From an uncultured Candidatus Saccharibacteria bacterium (GTDB lineage Bacteria; Patescibacteriota; Andersenbacteria; UBA10190), in assembly GCA_964372635.1 (NCBI GenBank), contig CAYJQW010000008.1, forward strand, positions 1-54,840: a stretch of DNA of 54,840 nucleotides, read 5' to 3'. The translations under genes and the position numbers were made by a program. The notes under the pieces were generated by a model. It was not told where the DNA came from. It was given only the letters and a program-made list of their open reading frames with translations, and made no database searches. This document shows positions 37,423 through 45,897 of the stretch, piece after piece (within the stretch, counting starts at the first letter, position 1; each line of letters starts with the position of its first letter).

Positions 37423-38991
37423 TTATGCGGAACGAAGAAGTTGTCTAAAACGAAAGTATTCAACGACTCTTAATCCAGTGAAACGACCGAGAGCTATATT
37501 TATAGGAATTGCCAGGAGAACAGCTTCTGGGTAAGCAAGTAAAAACGTTCGGAAAGTATCCCAACTAACCACAAAGTAACAAACAATAGTGAGAAGTAGG
37601 GTCCAGGCTGTTGTTCGTAGGGCTGTTTGTATACCAAGTGAAAACTGCACAGCGATAAATTCTTCTGCCAGAATCGTGAGAATTAGAATCGGGAAAATTG
37701 AAAATGATTGTGTTGTGCTTCTGCCAAACGCAGCACTAATACCGAAGAGGATGAGGATAGCCAGACTGGCATTTGTTAGGACTAAGGCCATGCGTGGTAA
37801 ATACAGCATACGCAAGCGCTTTAGAACAATGCGAGTCATCGTTCCTGAAAGCAAGACAACGATAAAAACGGTAAGACCTGTCGTCAAACCTAAAACAAGA
37901 AATGATAATGTTGTCATCGCTGGTGTGATCAAGCCGAATGCTTTAATTCCCACGACCTGTCGGAAAAATGCCAGGATCGTAGCAATGACAGGAATCATCA
38001 GCACAAGCGTAATATTATTTATAGGAATATCATTATTAACCAGATAATTTATGCCGACAGACAGGAAATTTGTAATCCCAATTTTATCAACAGCTCGGCT
38101 TGAGAACGTACCGATCAGGCGGTAGGCGATTGGTGAATTCAGTATCACTTCACGGGCCTCATCGGCTGTATGGGCCGAATAAAGCAGTGGCAAAGCATCA
38201 GAGCGTGTCAAAATGGCATACGATGGTTGGAGTCTATCAAATGTGTTTTGAACTGTTGGCGACAATAAACCAAACGAACTGTCTGCTAAAATAATAATTC
38301 CTTTACTGCCAATATTAAGATCGGCAAATGAAAAAATATCAGTTTGCTTGATGTCCTGGGCAAACTTTGATAATACGTTTGCTCCAACACCACCAGAAGT
38401 CCACACAACAATTAAGTCCGCCGCCGCAACTTCTTCCCGGGCGCCGATTAGTGCCTGGGTCAACTCTTCTTCTATGATAGCTTGCGGACCTCCCAACTTT
38501 GTTTTAAGTGGCAGTAATAATAAATCTTCTTCCGCTGCTTGCTTCTCGTGTAACTGCAATTGTTCATCCGAGGCACTATTATCGGCCAAAATGATCATGG
38601 CACGATCAAAAATTCTAACTTCAGTTGTGTCTTCAGCTTGTCCAGTTGACGTATTAATTGTCAGTTTAACTAAATAGCTTCCTGACTTGGTATAAGCATG
38701 CGATACTTGCTGGCCGGAAGTTCTTATGCCATCACCAAAATCCCAATTGTATTTAACGTCTTGGGCCTCTGCTGGAATTTTACTATTACCGGCATCAAAG
38801 GTAATTTGCTTGTCGGTCAGAGTGCGTCTAGTTGGCCCAGCACTAACAAATGGTATTGCAGGATCTGCCGAAGAGCTGTCACTTGTTATATTTTCTTGAG
38901 CCTGAGTCAACTGTGGGGTTGTCAGGAGACCGACCAGCAGCAGTATGTGTAGGGGATAACAGTTTTCTTTAAATTGGCGATATATGTTCAT
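37423..38991 (-). CDS. PKD domain + 7TM membrane protein (7TM_transglut-like)
   Basis: FDA..S, YNWDFGDG, HAYTKSGSY (PKD); MIPVIAT..FFRQVVGIKAFG..TP, YLPRMA, FPILIL, GRFTGLRVVEYFRF. Confidence 0.85.
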   Translation of the reverse strand: MNIYRQFKENCYPLHILLLVGLLTTPQLTQAQENITSDSSSADPAIPFVSAGPTRRTLTDKQITFDAGNSKIPAEAQDVKYNWDFGDGIRTSGQQVSHAYTKSGSYLVKLTINTSTGQAEDTTEVRIFDRAMIILADNSASDEQLQLHEKQAAEEDLLLLPLKTKLGGPQAIIEEELTQALIGAREEVAAADLIVVWTSGGVGANVLSKFAQDIKQTDIFSFADLNIGSKGIIILADSSFGLLSPTVQNTFDRLQPSYAILTRSDALPLLYSAHTADEAREVILNSPIAYRLIGTFSSRAVDKIGITNFLSVGINYLVNNDIPINNITLVLMIPVIATILAFFRQVVGIKAFGLITPAMTTLSFLVLGLTTGLTVFIVVLLSGTMTRIVLKRLRMLYLPRMALVLTNASLAILILFGISAAFGRSTTQSFSIFPILILTILAEEFIAVQFSLGIQTALRTTAWTLLLTIVCYFVVSWDTFRTFLLAYPEAVLLAIPINIALGRFTGLRVVEYFRFRQLLRSA

Positions 38992-39006
38992 AATATTTGA
39001 TTTTTT

Positions 39007-39504
39007 TTATGATGAATATGGTGCTAATTCAGATGATAAAGCAAGTTCCTCTGCCATGCACATGGCAGCAGCTAGGGCATCAGCAGCATCGTCTGGTTCA
39101 GGTATATGGTCAAGCTTAAGGCGCTTCGTGACCACCTGTTGTATTTGGTGCTTATCAGCGGCTCCATAGCCTGTTAAACGTGATTTTATTTGCAGTGGCG
39201 TGAGGTTATAAACTGCCACATTTTTTTGCCGAAGGACATAATTGACCACGCCACGCGTTTCGGCAGTCAGCATAGCTGTTTTTGCGTTGTTGCCAAAAAG
39301 AACCGTTTCAACGACGGCCCAGTCGGGACGATATGTCGTGAGAAGTGTTGCAATATCATCGCCAATTATACGCAAGCGATCTGGCGTCGGCTGTGTTGAT
39401 AATGTTGTGATACAACCACAACGAACAAAGATTTGTGGGGATGTTGTATCGATAACTCCGAATCCAGTCCTCGCTATACCAGGATCAAGACCAATAATAA
39501 TCAT
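39007..39504 (-). CDS. ruvC: Holliday junction resolvase RuvC
   Basis: IGLDPGIARTGFG, VE, TPLQIK..TGYG.ADK, PDDAADALA. Confidence 0.96.
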   Translation of the reverse strand: MIIIGLDPGIARTGFGVIDTTSPQIFVRCGCITTLSTQPTPDRLRIIGDDIATLLTTYRPDWAVVETVLFGNNAKTAMLTAETRGVVNYVLRQKNVAVYNLTPLQIKSRLTGYGAADKHQIQQVVTKRLKLDHIPEPDDAADALAAAMCMAEELALSSELAPYSS

Positions 39505-39547
39505 GTTGTAATATTACAGTACGTTCAGTTAATCTATGGCATCCAAC

Positions 39548-40258
39548 TTAATTTTCTTGGATGTCTGTATAAATTTCTAATACATCATCATGAGCGTATA
39601 GGTCATTAGAAAGTTCCGTAAGTATTATTTGATCAGTCTGTGACACAGTAACACGCTGATTAATTGGAACATAATAGGTTACATCTGCTTGAATGTCCGT
39701 AGCGCCTACTCGTGTCATAGCGGCTGTTAAGAGTGCCTGCAGCTTCGGGGCGCCGATGATAGTCAATTTATTGTCGTTGATGGTAGTGTCTAAGGCCCCT
39801 GCTTCAATAGCAGCTAGTTCGAATCTGTCACGCTGATTCTCATTGACCTGAGTCATTAATACGGCTCGTTGTTTAAATTTCCAAGAGACACTACCCCTTT
39901 CGCCTAGTGATCCACCATGTTTTTTTATGATTGCCCGTATTTCTGAGACGGTGCGATTTGTGTTATTAGTGGCGACAAAAATCATTATCGCAATGCCTCC
40001 TGGACCAAATCCTTCATAAGTTATATCAATGAGTTCGCGGCTGTCTTTGTTAAGAAGACGGTTAATGTTTACTTGCGGGAGATTAAGTTTTTTTGCGCGC
40101 TCGATAGCATCTCTTAATTCATGATTAGTAGTTGGATCAGTTCCGTTGCGGGCAGCCAAGCGAATCATTCTTGCTAAGTGTCCAAATGATTTGCCGCGCT
40201 TAGCATCAGTTGCTGCTTTTTTATGTTTAATGCGATGCCACTTACTGTGTCCAGACAT
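39548..40258 (-). CDS. yebC: YebC/PmpR-family protein
   Basis: MSGHSKWHRIKHKK..D.KRG, YEGFGPGG, TNN.NRT, GG.LG..GSV. Confidence 0.95.
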   Translation of the reverse strand: MSGHSKWHRIKHKKAATDAKRGKSFGHLARMIRLAARNGTDPTTNHELRDAIERAKKLNLPQVNINRLLNKDSRELIDITYEGFGPGGIAIMIFVATNNTNRTVSEIRAIIKKHGGSLGERGSVSWKFKQRAVLMTQVNENQRDRFELAAIEAGALDTTINDNKLTIIGAPKLQALLTAAMTRVGATDIQADVTYYVPINQRVTVSQTDQIILTELSNDLYAHDDVLEIYTDIQEN

Positions 40259-40269
40259 ATTACTAATCC

Positions 40270-40542
40270 TTATAATAAGGGCACGATTCGATTGTTTGTA
40301 AATCGATCACAGGCACGAGACTCACGAGGAAGTTCTATTAGGCTATAATTATTGCTCGTACTGTATGTCAGAACAGTATTGGCCCCATAACATTGGACAT
40401 ATATTTTTTGGAGATGCTGTGGATAAAGTAAAGGCTGTGTCCAATTATCGGGATATGCACGCTCAAGCCAAAAAGCTAACGGCACCAAGAGTAACGCCAG
40501 GCTAAATATGACAGCTGCCAGATTTAACTTATTGACTAACAT
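40270..40542 (-). CDS. Small membrane-anchored hypothetical protein
   Basis: MLVNKLNLAAVIFSLALLLVPLAFW N-terminal TM with a Cys pair; start re-assigned from 40848. Confidence 0.6.
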   Translation of the reverse strand: MLVNKLNLAAVIFSLALLLVPLAFWLERAYPDNWTQPLLYPQHLQKIYVQCYGANTVLTYSTSNNYSLIELPRESRACDRFTNNRIVPLL

Positions 40543-40605
40543 GTGATGATCGTACTCTGAGTATCTTAACTGACAATCCAGGCTAATTATATGGGCTATA
40601 TTCAT

Positions 40606-40764
40606 GTCGTCACTACAATTTAGTAGCTGTTGTTCTGTCGGTAACTGTAGACACGAGAGCAAACGTGTCGAGGAGCAGGGTCGTGTCAGACACCACCGCA
40701 GTCCGATCTTGGCACAAATGCCGCAAAAGCAATGTCTACAGTTATCGAAAGAAGAACATACGAC
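40606..40764 (+). ncRNA. Candidate rod-shaped ncRNA with central bubble (6S RNA-like)
   Basis: 26-bp stem 40628-40653/40733-40758; A-rich bubble; 9-bp stem 40665-40673/40707-40715; closing GTCGT/ACGAC; TATATT just upstream. Confidence 0.6.
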
Positions 40765-40816
40765 TGTACCATAATTGTTCGTGCGATGCAATGGTTGATG
40801 TTGTACAATTAAACTG

Positions 40817-41842
40817 ATGGCTATTGAAGAGACAAAAACAGCAGTCAAGGCGGTCCTGGAGACAGAAGATGATTTATCTCTGGATAGGACACTGCGCCCG
40901 CGTAGTTTGCAGGATTTTATTGGCCAGGAACAATTAAAACAATCTTTACAAGTCTTTCTTACAGCAGCCCGTGAGCGCGGTGAATCATTAGAACATGTAT
41001 TGCTAGCTGGTCCGCCTGGTTTAGGTAAAACCAGTTTGGCTCAAATTATCGCGCGTGAACTGGCTACAAACATTCGTGTCACAGCCGGTCCGGCAATAAC
41101 AAAAATTGCTGATTTAGCCGGCATTCTAACAAATTTACAGCCTAACGATGTCCTGTTTATTGATGAGATACATCGTTTGCAAAGATCAGTTGAAGAGGTT
41201 TTATATCCGGCTATGGAAGATTTTGCCTTAGATATTGTTGTTGGGCAGGGGCCTGGTGCTAAGACGCTAAGACTTGATTTACCGCCGTTTACGCTAGTGG
41301 GTGCGACGACAAGGGTCGGTATGCTCGGCTCACCTCTGCGTGATCGCTTTGGTATGACTTATCGTCTGACATTTTATAGTGATGAAGAAATGCAGAAAAT
41401 TTTGGCACGGTCAGCTGGTCTTCTTAAGGTATCGATTAAACCCAATGCTTTACAGGAAATAGCTCAGAGGTGTCGCAATACGCCACGGATCGCCAACAGA
41501 CTATTGAAGCGAGTTAGAGATTTTGCTCAAGTTAATCGTCATACCACTATTTCCCGTCATGTCGTGCAGGAAGCCTTAGATCTTCTTGAAGTTGATCAAC
41601 GAGGGCTAGATGCCTCTGATCGATTAGTTCTATTAGCAATGCTCAAACAATTTGATGGCGGACCGGTTGGCTTACAAACTTTGTCAGCCGTGACGGCCGA
41701 AGAAGTTCGGACACTTGAAGAAGTTATTGAACCATTCTTATTACAATGTGGTTTTATCCAACGTACGCCACGTGGTCGTGTCATTACGGCCGCGGGTCGG
41801 AGACACCTGGGTAGCGATGGTGCCCAAGGTGCATTAATGTAA
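40817..41842 (+). CDS. ruvB: Holliday junction branch-migration helicase RuvB
   Basis: [60 protein letters not shown]. Confidence 0.98.
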   Translation: MAIEETKTAVKAVLETEDDLSLDRTLRPRSLQDFIGQEQLKQSLQVFLTAARERGESLEHVLLAGPPGLGKTSLAQIIARELATNIRVTAGPAITKIADLAGILTNLQPNDVLFIDEIHRLQRSVEEVLYPAMEDFALDIVVGQGPGAKTLRLDLPPFTLVGATTRVGMLGSPLRDRFGMTYRLTFYSDEEMQKILARSAGLLKVSIKPNALQEIAQRCRNTPRIANRLLKRVRDFAQVNRHTTISRHVVQEALDLLEVDQRGLDASDRLVLLAMLKQFDGGPVGLQTLSAVTAEEVRTLEEVIEPFLLQCGFIQRTPRGRVITAAGRRHLGSDGAQGALM

Positions 41843-42488
41843 CGACATAGACACCGGACACTAAAAATAATAGTAATAACATGATGGCTCCCGGCACGAC
41901 TATTTTAGATAAATTAGTGTGGTAGATTACATCGATTGTGAGACCTAAAAAAACGAAGAGTTGAGGACGGACCAGAATTTTATATGGGCGACCGTCGTGG
42001 ATTCGATATACAGCTAGACAAATAACAATGCCATGGAGTCCAACATAAATAAGACTGATTACTAGCCCAACCGTGGTAAAAAATATTAAATACAAACCCT
42101 GAAATACCACACTTAAATAATCAGCGCCCATATCAACGAAGGTGCCCCTGTCGAGTTTTTTTAGCCCCGTTAGGCCGACGCTAGGGGACAAGTTAAGCGG
42201 TGTTGAAACTTGACGGGCCAATGGTCCATCAAGTCCGTCGATAATAAACTGTAGCCATAAGCCCATGATCGCCAGCCACGGGATGTTTGTTGTCAGGGCG
42301 AGGGCAAAACATCCAACCATTATCAACACCGCTGTCGTCGTAACTTGGTCTGGTGATACATGGTATCGATTTAATATGAGCGTAGTTGGTGCTAAAATTT
42401 TGTCTCGAACTCTCTGCCACCACCAAAGTAGATTTTCATGTTGTGAGATAACCGGCACAGTATTATTAATTATACACAAAAAAGCCAA
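41784..42488 (-). CDS. CDP-alcohol phosphatidyltransferase-family protein
   Basis: [15 protein letters not shown] ... G.FVD..AD signature; start uncertain; 3' end overlaps ruvB. Confidence 0.8.
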   Translation of the reverse strand: MAFLCIINNTVPVISQHENLLWWWQRVRDKILAPTTLILNRYHVSPDQVTTTAVLIMVGCFALALTTNIPWLAIMGLWLQFIIDGLDGPLARQVSTPLNLSPSVGLTGLKKLDRGTFVDMGADYLSVVFQGLYLIFFTTVGLVISLIYVGLHGIVICLAVYRIHDGRPYKILVRPQLFVFLGLTIDVIYHTNLSKIVVPGAIMLLLLFLVSGVYVVTLMHLGHHRYPGVSDPRP

Positions 42489-42527
42489 GGATGTACCTTG
42501 GCTCGATGCCTGGGTAATGTCTCCACA

Positions 42528-42968
42528 TTAAACTGTTGTTGGTATGGCAACACGTTGTTTCGACATTGAAACCATGTTTCCCCTGTCATTGAAGAGAACC
42601 TGGTCCATGAAGGCTCTCATTAAAAGTAGGCCACGGCCGGATGGCAGCTCTAGCCCTGGTCCAGTCGTTGGGTCAGGTACTGCAGCCGGATCAAAGCCTT
42701 CACCTTCGTCGGCAATACTAATGTAGACTTGTGTGCTGGATATCTTATAAACAATGTGCACTCTTTTTCGCCGATCATTTTGATTGCCATGTTTAATGGC
42801 ATTCACTATAGCCTCTTCTAAAGCTAAGTGAATATAAAACTGAAAATCTTCTGAACATGCTTCAAATTTCAGTTGGGCTAGTAAAATGTCTATATTCTGC
42901 TTGCCCGCTGAACTGTCACTAGGGATGGATTTAGTGTAAACCCAGTGCCAAAATTGGGTCGTAGACAT
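42528..42968 (-). CDS. RsbW-like anti-sigma factor / Ser-Thr kinase (HATPase_c_2)
   Basis: LALEEAIVNAIKHGN, IADEGEGFDP, SGRGLLLM; GGAGG 6 nt before ATG 42968. Confidence 0.9.
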   Translation of the reverse strand: MSTTQFWHWVYTKSIPSDSSAGKQNIDILLAQLKFEACSEDFQFYIHLALEEAIVNAIKHGNQNDRRKRVHIVYKISSTQVYISIADEGEGFDPAAVPDPTTGPGLELPSGRGLLLMRAFMDQVLFNDRGNMVSMSKQRVAIPTTV

Positions 42969-43047
42969 GATAATCCTCCGATTGGAAAGAACGGTCAGGA
43001 AGAACTTCCTTTCAAGAACACGAAACCGTTCATCCTTGATAATGCCA

Positions 43048-43067
43048 CTTTCCACAATTGTGGATAA
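43048..43067. promoter_or_regulatory. Inverted DnaA-box pair
   Basis: CTTTCCACA-AT-TGTGGATAA between divergent genes. Confidence 0.55.
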
Positions 43068-43137
43068 CTTGTCAAGGTGTTTATAGTTCACAAGAGTATG
43101 CTAAAAACAAATAAACAGCCTAACAAACAACAATATA

Positions 43138-45180
43138 ATGAGTGGGTGCAGGCAATTTAAAAATTTTTGTAGTTATTTAGCAGCCAACTGTTGTGTGGCT
43201 GTTTTTGTTATCTTGGCTACAGTTTTAAATGCTCAAGCTGTCACTTTCGGCCATATTGTAATAAATGAAGTCATGTGGGATGGGACGGAGTACCTAGAGC
43301 TTCTTAATACTTCAACCGAGCCAGTATCCTTAGCCGGTTGGCAGTTGATTCGTCAAGCGGTTAAAGGCGAGGCAAAGAAAATTATTACGTTTGATGAGGC
43401 TGCCGTTATTTCCGCCAATGGATACTATCTAATTGAAAAAAATGAGGAGTCAACTACTGTCCAGGCGAATGCAATATCGCCATCATTGACTCTTCTTAAC
43501 ACCGGAGAAAGAGTGCAACTTTTAAATGAAAGTGGAGTCATAATTGATACAGCCAATCAGTTTGGTGTATGGTTTGCCGGTAAAAATACCGACGATGGTG
43601 TAGCAATGGAGCGGACTAAGCCATTACTAAGCGGTGAAGAATCTTCTAATTGGCATACATCAACTAGCACTAGCGGCGGCCGATCGGGTACACCAGGAAC
43701 CGCCAACAGCGCCCCAAAAATAAATCAGGCTCCGATTGCGGCTTTAAACGGCCCGACTACTGGAACCATTAAACAAGGACTTACTTTTTCATCTGAAGAT
43801 TCTATCGACCCTGATGGAGATAATCTTTCCTGGCTGTGGGATTTCGGTAATAATGTGACCGCCGTCGGTTCTGAGGTGACCTATACCTATCCGGCAGCTG
43901 GAACCTATACCGTAACAGTAGCTGTTTCTGATTCTGAGTTTACAGTCAAAACTAGCCAGGACATTAATATATTGAAACCCAGCTATACAGACAGTGTGGT
44001 GATCAATGAGGTATTACCAGATCCTGTTGGGTCTGATACCGTTGCTGAATTTATTGAGTTACGAAATCTAAAAAATACTTCAGTTGATCTGAGTGGTTGG
44101 CAGCTTGACGATATCGCCGATGGAGGCAGTACACCATATGTAATTCCTGAAGCCACCATTATTAATGGATCAGAGTACAAAGTTTTTTTACGTTCTCAGA
44201 CTAAGATTGCTCTGAATAATAATGGTGATTCGGTGCGCTTGCTTGATCCTAACGGTGATCTAAAATCCATGGTCACCTACACAACTGTAATTGGGGAAGG
44301 TTTCTCATATAGTCGTGGTGATTCTGGTGATTTTAGGATTAGTACGACTGTAACTCCAAGTCAGGAGAATATTTTTACACAGATCACCGAAACTGAGGAA
44401 GGCGATCTTAATGACGAGCCAAGTGAAAAAGGTCAAGTCGCTGGTGCTCGGAGCAGTAAAGTTGAGCTCAAAAATGTTCGAGATGCTAAGCCAGATACTT
44501 TGATAGTTACTGAAGGGGTGATCAGCGTACCACCTGGTGTTTTCGGCAAACAATATATATATGTGGCTGGCTCCGGCATTCAGATTTATTATTCGAAAGG
44601 TGACTGGCCGGCCTTGAAACTTGGGGATCGGATCTCTATTACCGGTAATCTAGCAAGTAACCAGGGTGAGGCCCGTCTTAAAATCTCCCAGGCAAATAAC
44701 GTGACCTTCATGGCTCACGAAAGTGCGCCGCAAGCCCATATTGTTTCAACCGGGGATGTTGATGAGACCCTAGAAGGGACTCTGGTTACCGTTCAAGGAC
44801 ATGTCACTGAAACTAGTGGTGATACCTTCTTTATTGACGATGGTAGTGGTGAAGTTAAGATTTATATCAAATCAAGCACAAGCATTGAAAAGCCAGTGAT
44901 GAAAAAAGGTCTGGCGGTGACCATTACCGGCGTTGTTTCAGAAACCAGCAGCGGGTATCGTGTGCTGCCTAGGTTTCAAGAAGACATTCGTCTGGGACTC
45001 GTTGCCGGGCTGACAAGCTTTCCGGCCACAGGTATTGCAGAGCAGTCAGCTATCAGCGATGCTACTTTAGGCCATCACTGGCCAAGAAACTTTGCGTCTG
45101 AGTTCCTAACTCTTTTCTGGTTGCTTCTAACCATCATCATTATTTTAGCTCGGCGCGCTCATGAACCACTACTTATATAA
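43138..45180 (+). CDS. Surface protein: lamin-tail (LTD) x2, PKD, OB-fold x2, C-terminal anchor
   Basis: IVINEVMW..EYLEL.N..VSLAGWQL; GTPG..NS; WDFGN (PKD); VVINEVLPDP..EFIEL; FFIDDGSG (OB); FPATG + TM + RR. Confidence 0.85.
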   Translation: MSGCRQFKNFCSYLAANCCVAVFVILATVLNAQAVTFGHIVINEVMWDGTEYLELLNTSTEPVSLAGWQLIRQAVKGEAKKIITFDEAAVISANGYYLIEKNEESTTVQANAISPSLTLLNTGERVQLLNESGVIIDTANQFGVWFAGKNTDDGVAMERTKPLLSGEESSNWHTSTSTSGGRSGTPGTANSAPKINQAPIAALNGPTTGTIKQGLTFSSEDSIDPDGDNLSWLWDFGNNVTAVGSEVTYTYPAAGTYTVTVAVSDSEFTVKTSQDINILKPSYTDSVVINEVLPDPVGSDTVAEFIELRNLKNTSVDLSGWQLDDIADGGSTPYVIPEATIINGSEYKVFLRSQTKIALNNNGDSVRLLDPNGDLKSMVTYTTVIGEGFSYSRGDSGDFRISTTVTPSQENIFTQITETEEGDLNDEPSEKGQVAGARSSKVELKNVRDAKPDTLIVTEGVISVPPGVFGKQYIYVAGSGIQIYYSKGDWPALKLGDRISITGNLASNQGEARLKISQANNVTFMAHESAPQAHIVSTGDVDETLEGTLVTVQGHVTETSGDTFFIDDGSGEVKIYIKSSTSIEKPVMKKGLAVTITGVVSETSSGYRVLPRFQEDIRLGLVAGLTSFPATGIAEQSAISDATLGHHWPRNFASEFLTLFWLLLTIIIILARRAHEPLLI

Positions 45181-45201
45181 TATAAGATATAAAATATAAA
45201 T

Positions 45202-45235
45202 AAAAAACGACTCCTGACTATTTTTAGAAGTCGTT
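45202..45235 (-). terminator. Intrinsic terminator for the minus-strand gene ending at 45249
   Basis: Minus strand AACGACTTCT/AGGAGTCGTT 10-bp stem (one G-U) then a T run. Confidence 0.65.
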
Positions 45236-45248
45236 AATGTGGTGTGGA

Positions 45249-45716
45249 TTAGCCTTTTGCTTTTTGACTGGAATAATGTTCTCCCCGACCGTAAGTAATT
45301 TCAGGAACAGTAGCGTAACCAAGGAGAATTCGAGACTGACAAAGGTTGCGTAGCGCTTTTCTAATCTTGGTATCCTGAAATTCTGGCAGTCTGGCCATGA
45401 TTTCCGCACGGGTCAAAGGACTACCGAATGTCAAAAGACGCATTATCTCTGATTCTAATCTTGAGAGTGAATCAAGAGCTGGCTGCTGAGCTGACTTTTT
45501 ACAGTTAACTGTTTTTCGTGAATTAAGTTGGGTTGGATTAAATACATAAAAATTTAAAAGCCAGTGCATGAGCTCATCCATAGTAGAAATGACATTTTCT
45601 CTATTGGCACAGGCTTGATGGATAAAGCCGATTTTGCCTTCGGTTACACCGATATAAAGGGCATCTCTTTCTGTAGAAGTTTGGTCACAGATTAGACACG
45701 TTGGGAAGATTGCCAT
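45249..45716 (-). CDS. Hypothetical Zn-finger + winged-helix protein
   Basis: CLIC...HQAC; C-terminal LSRLESEIMRLL..PLTRAEIM..IRKALRNL; own terminator; start uncertain. Confidence 0.6.
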   Translation of the reverse strand: MAIFPTCLICDQTSTERDALYIGVTEGKIGFIHQACANRENVISTMDELMHWLLNFYVFNPTQLNSRKTVNCKKSAQQPALDSLSRLESEIMRLLTFGSPLTRAEIMARLPEFQDTKIRKALRNLCQSRILLGYATVPEITYGRGEHYSSQKAKG

Positions 45717-45897
45717 AGGCTGATTTTCTAACCTTAGGGCACAGGAGTATTGGACGACAGTGCCTGGAAAATTAATAAGCATGAGTAACATCCTCGCACT
45801 TAAAGAGGGTTTTGAATTGTCAATGTACGTCTCTATATGTAGCTTCAAATAAGACAGGTTGTCAACCAGCTCGGTTTCTTTATACTTTGTGAACGAT

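Noticed and set aside
40606..40764. SRP RNA, RNase P RNA, tmRNA, retron or c-di-GMP riboswitch identity
   Set aside because: Lacks the SRP domain IV motif, the RNase P GAGGAAAGTCC core, tRNA-like ends, an adjacent RT, and the riboswitch consensus.
40543..40848. N-terminal extension of ORF 40270..40848 and a 56-aa + strand ORF at 40604
   Set aside because: Implausible Cys-rich sequence; the extension overlaps the ruvB start; the region is better explained by a structured RNA.
42969..43091. ORF-track start of the RsbW gene at 43091
   Set aside because: A clear SD precedes ATG 42968, and the extension covers the DnaA-box/promoter region.
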